From assembly GCA_019057635.1 (NCBI GenBank), contig DXJL01000165.1:1-18188 (forward strand): a DNA stretch of 18,188 nt, read 5' to 3'. The notes beneath the pieces are model-generated. The model did no database searches. It saw nothing but the letters and a program-made list of their open reading frames with translations, and was not told where the DNA came from. Source of the DNA: Candidatus Heimdallarchaeota archaeon. GTDB lineage: Archaea; Asgardarchaeota; Heimdallarchaeia; Hodarchaeales; Hodarchaeaceae. Below are positions 8,746 to 17,051 of this stretch, one piece after another. Position numbers and translations under genes: made by a program. Position 1 is the first letter of the stretch. Each line of letters opens with the position of its first letter.

Positions 8746-10215
8746 GTGGTTCGAGAAGTAGACGAAACTAAGTACATATCCATACAAGAAAACGATCTAG
8801 ACCAAAAAATATTGGAAGAGGATCTTTTCTACAATATCACCAAGTCTATTTGTCCGAAATGTAAGAAAACTATTGATGCACAAATACTTGTACGCAAAAA
8901 CAAAGTCCTAATGCGAAAACGCTGTTCACAACATGGATGGTCCGAAAGTCTTATTTCTTCTGATTTTGAGTATTATAGGGCAATTGAACGGTTTAATAAG
9001 CCAGGGATTAAAAAATTGGAATATCAAACAGAAGTAAAAGAAGGATGTCCAGCAGATTGCGGTATCTGCCCTGAACATAAACAACACACATGTTTGGCGT
9101 TAATTGAGATTACTAATCGATGTAATATGGCTTGTCCCATATGTTTCGCTAACGCTGGAGGGAAAGAAGGAGTTGATTTGCCCATAGACGTGATTGAAGG
9201 TATGATTGACAATTTAACAAGCTCAGAATCTAATCAAGTTGAAATTGTACAAATATCGGGAGGGGAGCCATCAATTCATCCCAATTTGTTGAAGATCATT
9301 ACAAAATGTAAGGAAAGAGGTATTAAAACTGTCATGCTGAATACAAATGGGAGAAAATTTGCCTCAGATCTAGCTTTTGCACATGCAGTTAAAAACGCAG
9401 GTTTGAATGCTGTTTACCTTCAGTTCGACGGTTTTGAAAAAAATACCTATGATAAACTCCGTGGCAACCCAAATCTTCTAGAAGAAAAGTTACATGCAAT
9501 AGAGAACCTTTCTTTAACTGGAATAGCTATCACTCTTATCATGACTGTAGTTAAAGGTATAAATGATCATGAGATTGGAGAAATATTACGTTTTGTACAT
9601 GAGTCAAAGGGGATTATGGGTGTATCTTTCCAACCACTTTTTGCAGAAGGGAGATTGGACTTAAAATACGATCCTCTGGATCATTTAACTACAATAGATA
9701 TTATAAAACTTATTGAAGAACAGACGGGCTTCTATACCAAAGAAGACTTTTTTTCCATCCCCTGTCCTGAACCACATTGTTCTGCTTGTTCTTTTTCGTA
9801 TATAGATCCCGATACAAAGGAGTTTACTACAATTAGACGCCTGATTGAAGTTGAAGATTATTTAGACTATTTTACCAATTCTACACTTCCAACAAATGCA
9901 GAGCAAGTAATAAAAGATGCTCTAGAGGAGTTGTTTAGTATGGCCACGACACCAGGATCCATTAATTTGGTGGAAGGTTATTGTGCAGCATGTGGCATCG
10001 ACTTGAACATTGGATCCATTCAGGAATCATTACAAAAATATGTTGAACATCTCAAAATGGTGATGATTAAGCCTTTCATGAGTTCATACGATCTTGACAT
10101 AAAACGACTGATGAAATGCTGCATTCACCAAGTGCTACCTGATGGAAAAATAATGCCTTTCTGTGCCTATAACACAATTTACCGCGATCAATATGACCTC
10201 AAAGATTTCCTATAA
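8746..10215 (+). CDS. Radical SAM enzyme of the MJ0619 / tetraether lipid synthase (Tes)-like family
   Basis: CNMACPIC (CxxxCxxC), SGGEPS, N-terminal SICPKC...KRCSQHG and GCPADCGICPEHKQHTC cysteine clusters, YLQFDG, C-terminal KCCIH...DGKIMPFCAYN. Confidence 0.85.
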   Translation: MVREVDETKYISIQENDLDQKILEEDLFYNITKSICPKCKKTIDAQILVRKNKVLMRKRCSQHGWSESLISSDFEYYRAIERFNKPGIKKLEYQTEVKEGCPADCGICPEHKQHTCLALIEITNRCNMACPICFANAGGKEGVDLPIDVIEGMIDNLTSSESNQVEIVQISGGEPSIHPNLLKIITKCKERGIKTVMLNTNGRKFASDLAFAHAVKNAGLNAVYLQFDGFEKNTYDKLRGNPNLLEEKLHAIENLSLTGIAITLIMTVVKGINDHEIGEILRFVHESKGIMGVSFQPLFAEGRLDLKYDPLDHLTTIDIIKLIEEQTGFYTKEDFFSIPCPEPHCSACSFSYIDPDTKEFTTIRRLIEVEDYLDYFTNSTLPTNAEQVIKDALEELFSMATTPGSINLVEGYCAACGIDLNIGSIQESLQKYVEHLKMVMIKPFMSSYDLDIKRLMKCCIHQVLPDGKIMPFCAYNTIYRDQYDLKDFL

Positions 10216-10232
10216 ACAAGAGAGATATAACC

Positions 10233-11048
10233 ATGTCACTTAAGGACGATTTATTAGGAGGGAGCACTGACTTCAACATAGCCTGTTGCAATTTTTATGA
10301 GCAGGATATCCTCAAGTTACTCTTCGGTGATTCATTCCATCCTGGAGGGTTGGAGCTTACAAAGAAACTGGGAGAAGAACTTTGTCTCCAACCAAGTGAT
10401 TTAGTACTAGACCTTGCTTCAGGGTTGGGTACATCAGCTTGTTTTCTTGCTGAAGAATTTGGATCAAAAATCATTGGACTAGATCTTAGTCGGAAAAATG
10501 TAAAAGAAGCGAATAACGCAGCTCAGAAAAGAGGATTAGATAATATAAAATTTAAGGTAGGGGATGCACAAACCCTTCCGTTTGAAGCTAATTATTTTGA
10601 TGTAGTAATATCTGAATGCTCGTTTTGCATTTTTCCAAATAAAAATGTTGCTGCGAAAGAAATGTACAGAATTTTAAAGCCTGAAGGCAGACTAGGAGTA
10701 TCAGATGTAGCAATAGAAAGAAAATTACCTATAAATGCTCAAGATTTACTCTTAAGAGTAGCCTGTATCGCTGATGCATTGTCAGTTCAAGGATACAAGG
10801 AGGTTTTTGAGAACGTAGGTTTTAAAATTACTTCTGTTTTAGATGAAAAGAAATTTGTCTTAAACACATTTGATGAGATCAAAAAGAAGATCTTCATAGC
10901 AGAACTTGCAACAGGCTTGAAAAAAATCGATATAGGAACATTGAACATTGAAGAAGCAAAATATTGGTTAAAAGAGGGCAAAAGGTTGATCAATGAAGGG
11001 TATGGAACCTACATAACAATGATAGGGAGGAAATCAAGTAGTTATTAA
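10233..11048 (+). CDS. Class I SAM-dependent methyltransferase (ArsM/UbiE-like)
   Basis: HPGG, VLDLASGLG, GDAQTLPF, FDVVISEC, RILKPEGRL and CIADAL; starts 17 bp after the radical SAM stop. Confidence 0.9.
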   Translation: MSLKDDLLGGSTDFNIACCNFYEQDILKLLFGDSFHPGGLELTKKLGEELCLQPSDLVLDLASGLGTSACFLAEEFGSKIIGLDLSRKNVKEANNAAQKRGLDNIKFKVGDAQTLPFEANYFDVVISECSFCIFPNKNVAAKEMYRILKPEGRLGVSDVAIERKLPINAQDLLLRVACIADALSVQGYKEVFENVGFKITSVLDEKKFVLNTFDEIKKKIFIAELATGLKKIDIGTLNIEEAKYWLKEGKRLINEGYGTYITMIGRKSSSY

Positions 11049-11128
11049 GTTTCGGACTGAGGGTTTATTCCAACTTTCCACCCTACATTATTAGGCTCTA
11101 TATGGTAAAAATTCACATATTTTCCATA

Positions 11129-11156
11129 GCTGGTTTAGATTGGTAAGGTATTTACT
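11129..11156 (+). repeat. Intergenic repeat copy A (5'-truncated, degenerate)
   Basis: GCTGGTTTAGATTGGTAAGGTATTTACT; 21/25 match to consensus positions 11-35. Confidence 0.75.
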
Positions 11157-11337
11157 TTCTCATCCAATTAAAACAATATTTCATTGAAACACTTTCATAA
11201 ATGATAAAGCGGTTGGGTCAACTGTTTATCGATGCAAAAAAATTGTAGAAAAGGAAATTCATATAAAAGATTTTAAGGAAGAGTCTATAAGAATACACCT
11301 ACAAGTTAAACATCCAGCTTATTATTGGTAAATCAAG

Positions 11338-11655
11338 GTGATAACAGGGGTGAACAAAGTGTTATCGAAAAAAAAGGTTTTAGAAATATTAGAAGCTGAA
11401 ATCCCTTTTCTTACCAAAACCTACAATATCAAAAAAATTGGTATATTCGGATCATATGCACGGGAGGAACAGACTGAAGCAAGTGATATCGATCTCTTAA
11501 TAGAAGTAAGAAAACCAATTAGTTTTTTTACTCTTTTCGATTTAGAAGATTACCTTACCAGTAAACTAGGCGTCAAAGTAGAAGTCGTCACCCCCAATGC
11601 CCTTAAAGAAATTATTGTTCCAACAATAATGAAGGATGTAATTTATGTCGAATAG
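11338..11655 (+). CDS. MNT minimal nucleotidyltransferase antitoxin (MntA-like)
   Basis: GIFGSYAREEQTEASDIDLL (GSx10DxD); about 100 aa; overlaps the downstream HEPN gene. Confidence 0.93.
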   Translation: MITGVNKVLSKKKVLEILEAEIPFLTKTYNIKKIGIFGSYAREEQTEASDIDLLIEVRKPISFFTLFDLEDYLTSKLGVKVEVVTPNALKEIIVPTIMKDVIYVE

Positions 11656-11989
11656 AAGCCCAAAGCTGTTTATTGCAGATATTAAGGAAGCTATAAGTAA
11701 AATAGAGCAGTATATCAAGGATATGACATTCACTGAATTTGAAAAAGATGATAAGACAGTAGATGCTGTCGTTAGAAACTTGGAAATAATTGGAGAAGCT
11801 GTAAAAAATCTATCACAAGAGATAAAAGATCATTATCCAAACATAAACTGGAGAGGGGCGACAGCTATGCGCGATAGGCTCATTCATGGCTATTTTGGAG
11901 TGGATAAGTCTATTGTGTGGGAAACTATTACTTCCGATCTTCTAGAAATGAAAAAGGGGACAGATACTATGTGGGATGAAATGGAGTAA
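11645..11989 (+). CDS. HEPN / DUF86 RNase toxin (HepT-like)
   Basis: DAVVRNLEIIGEA and MRDRLIHGYFGVD (Rx4H motif followed by Tyr). Confidence 0.93.
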   Translation: MSNRSPKLFIADIKEAISKIEQYIKDMTFTEFEKDDKTVDAVVRNLEIIGEAVKNLSQEIKDHYPNINWRGATAMRDRLIHGYFGVDKSIVWETITSDLLEMKKGTDTMWDEME

Positions 11990-11992
11990 ATC

Positions 11993-12027
11993 GTCGTCAT
12001 AGGCTGGTTTAGATGGGAAAAGTATAT
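11993..12027 (+). repeat. Intergenic repeat copy B
   Basis: GTCGTCATAGGCTGGTTTAGATGGGAAAAGTATAT; 34/35 to consensus; begins 3 bp after the HEPN stop codon. Confidence 0.93.
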
Positions 12028-12240
12028 CCATGATATATACCGTGAAATATACCCCGTACATCAGTAATTTAATTGGCACCGTTACTCTTCTAAGATTGAA
12101 CGTATAATGGGGCAAATGACAAGAGGAACAGCCTATACAGAGAGTATATACTCGAGACTCAACTTCTAGTCTCTTGCATACAAATTTAAAATAGAATTCG
12201 TCTTAAAATCCTGTTCCAATTACCCTCGTTACGATGATGG

Positions 12241-14139
12241 TTAATGTGACAAATTAACCATTTTTTTTGCTGCTAAGAGGTACTCCTCTACTTGGGCTTG
12301 TGCAAGTCGTTTCTGTAGTGGCGCATTCTCTTTGATCAGATTCTCCCATACACTTAATTGGGCTTTCAAGTGGTTTTCTTCTCCAATTACTCTTTCGTGG
12401 AACAATTGAAGGTCGTTTTCTTCTGCGGTGATCTTTGCTTGAGCTAGGAACTGCATCGCTCTTGTAAGATGTCCCTCAATTAAAGCTAATTTTGCTTGGA
12501 GGATTGTCACATCAATAAGCAAGGGAAAAGAATGTTGTTCTTGGGCTAATGAAGCGAGATTGTTTAGAAGCTGCTTAACTTCCTGGAAAACTTCATTTTC
12601 ATCAGTTATTTCATCTGGGGATGATTTTAGCTCAAAAAGGAGAAGTTCACAGAGGTTTAACATAGCAGTTTTTTTTGAATCAGCTAAATAATTCAGTAAG
12701 TTGAGTTTTACGTTTGGATCGTCAATTATTTCTTGAAACAATTGCTGAGCACGGGCTTTATCCTTAATCCTAATGCTAGTTTTCAGTATCAGGGCTTCCG
12801 AGAGTTTATACCATTGATTTAGGAATTGTTTGCTTTGACCTTCCTTTTCATAATACCGATTAAAGAGTTTAAAGTACTTCTTTGCTTCGCTAATGTCCTT
12901 GTTATCGAGCATTACCGCGATTAGCTCGTAATAGGCTAATCCTTCGGTTTCTTGACCAAATCGTAATTTTCTTTCTTCTAATAATTTCAAGCATCTCTTA
13001 TAATAGTCCAAAGCAGTGTCATTGTCCCCTTTCGAGCGATAAACACGGCCAATATGAAGAAACGTTTGACAAAAATAGAAATCATCACTTATTTCCTCCA
13101 ATAGAGGAAGAGCTTTTTGAAAGTGGGTAAGTGCAAGATCTAAGTCTCCTTTAAGGTGATAAAGGTTACCAGCATCTAGTAAATTCCAACTATGCACTAT
13201 TTTCTGGCCAACTTCCTCAAATAGTGCCAGACTTCTATTATAATACTCTAAAGCTTTGTTTAAGCCTCCTTTTGAATATTGACATATATCTCCTAATAAG
13301 TGGAGGCATAAATGAATTCCATCCTTGTCGTCCAGTTTTTCACTGATATATAAGCTCTTTTGATAAGCAGCAAGGGAAGCAGCGGTTTCATCTTTCGATT
13401 TACAATAAAAGACTCCGATATTGAATAGCAGTCTAGCAACACGATTAGTCCCAGGGAGCTCGTCAGCTAAGTGCAGGCTTCTCTGGACATATATCGAAGC
13501 TGTTTCTGGTTCTCCTTTACTTTGATGAACACTAGCAAGATTCAGGAGATGTTCAGCAATTCCTTCCCTATCTTCAAGCTCTTCACTGAGGTTCAAACAA
13601 TCCTGTAAAATTTCTAATTGACGATCATGATCGGCTCTAATTCCCAGAATAGTAGCCAAATCCACCAGTACTTCAACTATACTCTTTTTCTTACCTATCT
13701 TCTTATAAAGTACTACGCTTTCCTGAAAGCATTTTTCTGCACGGTCTAACTCTCCCAACGACCTGTTAATAAAACCCTTATTTCTTTGGAAAAAAGCTGC
13801 CCGTTCTGTTCTCTCCAGCGGTTCTATATTTGGGATATTCTTGAGAATTCGTTCTCCCTCCTCTAGCAGTTTAAGATACCCAGAAAGCTTCTTTACTGAA
13901 TAGGTACTAAAAAATTGTTTAGCCCATCTTAAGGCTTCAATCTTCGTGATGATGGCGTCAACCAGTAATAGCTGGTTTCCCCACACCTGATTTCGAACCT
14001 CTGTTAATGTTCTATCTGCTAATTCTAGACCTTCTGTAGTTTTTCCTGTCTTTACTAGTACTTGACTCTTAAAGAACCTGCATACGAGGCGATCTTCTAA
14101 ATTAATGTCACTAGTATTCTCCAAATTATCAATGATCAC
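12241..14139 (-). CDS. Tetratricopeptide repeat (TPR) protein; true start probably ATG 14198, reached via a frameshift
   Basis: Multiple TPR units (e.g. GNLYHLKGDLDLALTHFQKAL, GRVYRSKGDNDTALDYYKRCL) and a helical C-terminus. Confidence 0.88.
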   Translation of the reverse strand: MIIDNLENTSDINLEDRLVCRFFKSQVLVKTGKTTEGLELADRTLTEVRNQVWGNQLLLVDAIITKIEALRWAKQFFSTYSVKKLSGYLKLLEEGERILKNIPNIEPLERTERAAFFQRNKGFINRSLGELDRAEKCFQESVVLYKKIGKKKSIVEVLVDLATILGIRADHDRQLEILQDCLNLSEELEDREGIAEHLLNLASVHQSKGEPETASIYVQRSLHLADELPGTNRVARLLFNIGVFYCKSKDETAASLAAYQKSLYISEKLDDKDGIHLCLHLLGDICQYSKGGLNKALEYYNRSLALFEEVGQKIVHSWNLLDAGNLYHLKGDLDLALTHFQKALPLLEEISDDFYFCQTFLHIGRVYRSKGDNDTALDYYKRCLKLLEERKLRFGQETEGLAYYELIAVMLDNKDISEAKKYFKLFNRYYEKEGQSKQFLNQWYKLSEALILKTSIRIKDKARAQQLFQEIIDDPNVKLNLLNYLADSKKTAMLNLCELLLFELKSSPDEITDENEVFQEVKQLLNNLASLAQEQHSFPLLIDVTILQAKLALIEGHLTRAMQFLAQAKITAEENDLQLFHERVIGEENHLKAQLSVWENLIKENAPLQKRLAQAQVEEYLLAAKKMVNLSH

Positions 14140-14258
14140 TAAAACTTCATTGAATTTGCTTTTTTAATCAACTGCTGGATTTTTAGCTTGTTCACCATTT
14201 GTATTAATCAACCATAATTTTTTGGCATAATAGACTACTCATTCTGTTTCAGAGCTCT

Positions 14259-15782
14259 TCATGAAGATGATTTTCCCTGGGAAGGAATAGAAATTTGAAA
14301 ATAGGTCTTTTGTTGACTCGAGTGAACGGAAATGTACCAGCCGTGAGCTTCAATTATTTTCTTAACGATAGAAAGACCAAGACCCATACTTTTTGAAATC
14401 GTTGTGAATCCATAGTCAAAGATTTTCTCTTGGATTTTGAAAGGGATTGGAATACCATCATTAATCACCAGAATATGGATAAAATCATAATCTTCTAACA
14501 GCTTTAATTCGATTTTTTGGGGTTTTCCATGTAGTATAGCATTTTCAAAGATGTTCTTGAAGACTTGAAAGAGTTTTTCGACATCGCCTAAAACTTCTGG
14601 AAGCTGATCATGAATAAAAGAGACATTTTTAGGAAGCACAGTCTTAGCAACACTTTGAACAAGATCATTCAAGTTAACCATGTCATTCAACTCAACAACT
14701 AGCCCTGCATCAGCAAGTGTGAGTGAACGCGTCAGTAAAGATTTCATATACTCCACCTGTCTATTGATGATGGAAGCTTCATCATATTCAAGATCTAGAA
14801 GTTGAGTATACCCCTCAATTGTGAATAAACAGTTACTGATATCATGAGCAATGAAATGGGCAAATTCACTGAGTTCTTGTTTTTGACGTCGTAATGTTTT
14901 CTCAACATTCTTCAGCTTGGTTATGTCAATTACGGATACTATAATCTTTTCTAACGTTTTTTCATAACCAGGGATAACAGATAAACGTACAATAACATCA
15001 ATTTTCTCTCCTGTAAATTTATAACCAGGAAATTCATTTTGGTAGACGGTGTTCCCATGAAAAAGAGCAATAAGTTCTTCTTTGAATAGATCCGTAGCTT
15101 CAGCATTAAAGAATGTGGAAAGTCCTTCAAAAAATTCTGCTTTGTCCTTAGCGTTGTACATCTTTATAGTTGTATTGTTAACATTAATTATTTTGACCAT
15201 ACTTGAAAATTTTTCAACTTCGTCAGGATTTGAATCCATGAACTGGCGTAAATCCTGTATTCCTTTTGATTTTAATTGATCGAAATAGTCTTTGACATCA
15301 GAAAAATCTTCTTCCCATAAACTAATGGGTGATTCATCAAAAATGATCCGATAACGTTCTTCACTTTCTCTCAGGGCTTTTTCCATACGTCTGTGACTTA
15401 CTACCTGGAGAATATTATGCCGTAGCTCACCGAATAAAGTTTTCATATCACCTCGTTTTTCCATATAATAGTTTGCACCTAGGTTCAACGCCCTAATTGC
15501 CACTTCTTCTCTACCCCTTCCTGTTAAAATGATAACAGGAAGATTCTTATTTGACTCTCTCAACTTACTAAGTAACTCTAAGCCATTCAGTATAGGCATT
15601 TGATAATCTGTTACGATAACATCAATATTTCTCACATTCAGCTCTACAAAAACTTTCGTTGGATCAGATATTGGATAAAATTTTAGGCTTTCATCCCCTA
15701 TGAGCTGCATATACTTCTGTGTCAATTGTAAAAAGCTAGGTTCATCATCAACATGAAGTACAGAGATCACTTCTTCCATCAT
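14259..15782 (-). CDS. Hybrid sensor kinase REC-PAS-HisKA-HATPase
   Basis: VLHVDDE...TDYQMPILNG...ILTGRG receiver; PAS-like middle; AHDISN H-box; NIFENAILHG, NDG, FDYGFTT and GLGL (N/G1/F/G2 boxes). No TM segments. Confidence 0.93.
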   Translation of the reverse strand: MMEEVISVLHVDDEPSFLQLTQKYMQLIGDESLKFYPISDPTKVFVELNVRNIDVIVTDYQMPILNGLELLSKLRESNKNLPVIILTGRGREEVAIRALNLGANYYMEKRGDMKTLFGELRHNILQVVSHRRMEKALRESEERYRIIFDESPISLWEEDFSDVKDYFDQLKSKGIQDLRQFMDSNPDEVEKFSSMVKIINVNNTTIKMYNAKDKAEFFEGLSTFFNAEATDLFKEELIALFHGNTVYQNEFPGYKFTGEKIDVIVRLSVIPGYEKTLEKIIVSVIDITKLKNVEKTLRRQKQELSEFAHFIAHDISNCLFTIEGYTQLLDLEYDEASIINRQVEYMKSLLTRSLTLADAGLVVELNDMVNLNDLVQSVAKTVLPKNVSFIHDQLPEVLGDVEKLFQVFKNIFENAILHGKPQKIELKLLEDYDFIHILVINDGIPIPFKIQEKIFDYGFTTISKSMGLGLSIVKKIIEAHGWYISVHSSQQKTYFQISIPSQGKSSS

Positions 15783-15973
15783 TGATTCCTCTATAACAAT
15801 ATTTTGTAGTTATTTTTCTCTTATATTAATTCATATGATAAGAATTACACACTGATACGGGAATCTAGGTCAGTATAGGAATTTGATGGGAGTCGAAATG
15901 ATTTTCCATTTACCAAGACGACTTTGCAGATAAATACTATCTATACTGTTTCAAGTTGGATCAGAATTGAAGT

Positions 15974-16015
15974 GTCGTAAAAGGCTGGTTTAGATAAGAA
16001 AAGTATATACTAGGG
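15974..16015 (+). repeat. Intergenic repeat copy C
   Basis: GTCGTAAAAGGCTGGTTTAGATAAGAAAAGTATATACTAGGG; 32/35 to the core consensus. Confidence 0.93.
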
Positions 16016-16168
16016 TATAGATCGTCATTAATTCATCTTTGAAGTGTAATCAATACAGGATGTTTCACATCTGGTTAATAAAATGAAGTTATTTTGAATT
16101 AGACGTATTTAGAACATATTTCAGTAATATAATGATTAATTGAAAAATAAACCAAACCTTTAAAATAC

Positions 16169-16435
16169 GTGGGCACACTAGTGGGAATGGGAATAACGAT
16201 GGGTATTGTTGAAATTGATAATCGTGGACGAATCACTATCCCGAAAGAAGAACGCGAACGCTTGGGGTTAACACCTGGAAAAAAGGTATTGATTAGAGAG
16301 AAAGATGGTTCTCTAATAATTAAGCGTTTAATATCTCCTGAAAGGTTTATCACAGAATTAAAGGGATGTATAACCATTGAAAATCACCAAATTGACCCTC
16401 TAAAACTAAAAGAAATGTGGGGAGTTAAATTCTAA
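16169..16435 (+). CDS. AbrB/MazE/SpoVT-family antitoxin (VapB-like)
   Basis: EIDNRGRITIPKEERERLGLTPG swapped-hairpin motif; likely start ATG 16199; directly abuts the PIN gene. Confidence 0.9.
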   Translation: MGTLVGMGITMGIVEIDNRGRITIPKEERERLGLTPGKKVLIREKDGSLIIKRLISPERFITELKGCITIENHQIDPLKLKEMWGVKF

Positions 16436-16843
16436 ATGTATATGGTTGATAGTAATATCTGGGTCTATTATTTCGATGAAAACCTTCCTGAACACTCCAC
16501 AGTGGTGAAATATCTTGATCCTTTAATTAAACAAGGAAATATTGCCACAAGTGCAATAATCCTTATAGAAGTAATACATTATCTTTTTAAAAGGTTGGGA
16601 CCCGTTGTTGGTTCAGAGAAAAGCCATGTTTTCCAATTAGGTCATTTTGAAACTCTTGAATTTACCTCCAAAGATTTAGATGAGTTTTTGGAAATGTTTC
16701 AAAAAGTTTCACATCATGGAATAGGAGGAAGAGATGTCACAATTCTCGTTTGTATGAAAAAAGCTGAAATTTCAAAATTAGTAACTCATGATCAAGATTT
16801 TAAGAAAATAAAAGACATAGAAGTCATTGATCCGATAGATTGA
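16436..16843 (+). CDS. vapC: PIN-domain VapC-type toxin
   Basis: MVDSNIWVY, EVIH, GGRDVTI and LVTHDQDFKKI acidic PIN residues. Confidence 0.92.
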   Translation: MYMVDSNIWVYYFDENLPEHSTVVKYLDPLIKQGNIATSAIILIEVIHYLFKRLGPVVGSEKSHVFQLGHFETLEFTSKDLDEFLEMFQKVSHHGIGGRDVTILVCMKKAEISKLVTHDQDFKKIKDIEVIDPID

Positions 16844-16870
16844 CACCAGACTTATTACATATGAATAATC

Positions 16871-16912
16871 GTCGTCAAAGGCTGTTTTAGATGGGAAAAG
16901 TAATTACTAGGG
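16871..16912 (+). repeat. Intergenic repeat copy D
   Basis: GTCGTCAAAGGCTGTTTTAGATGGGAAAAGTAATTACTAGGG; 32/35 to core; 27 bp after the vapC stop. Confidence 0.93.
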
Positions 16913-17051
16913 CACATACCAGACCTCCATTCTCTAGAAGTCAGGCCATTATCAGCAGGATGAACATATTTATTCTATGTTTTCGAATTCCAAGAACTTA
17001 GCAATCATTAATGCATTTAAAAGAAATTAATAGTTTAACTAAGAGTGAGTA

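Noticed and set aside
12141-12172. Palindrome GAGTATATACTC and hairpin GAGACT...AGTCTC between convergent genes
   Set aside because: Could be a terminator, but it is single-copy and short; insufficient support.
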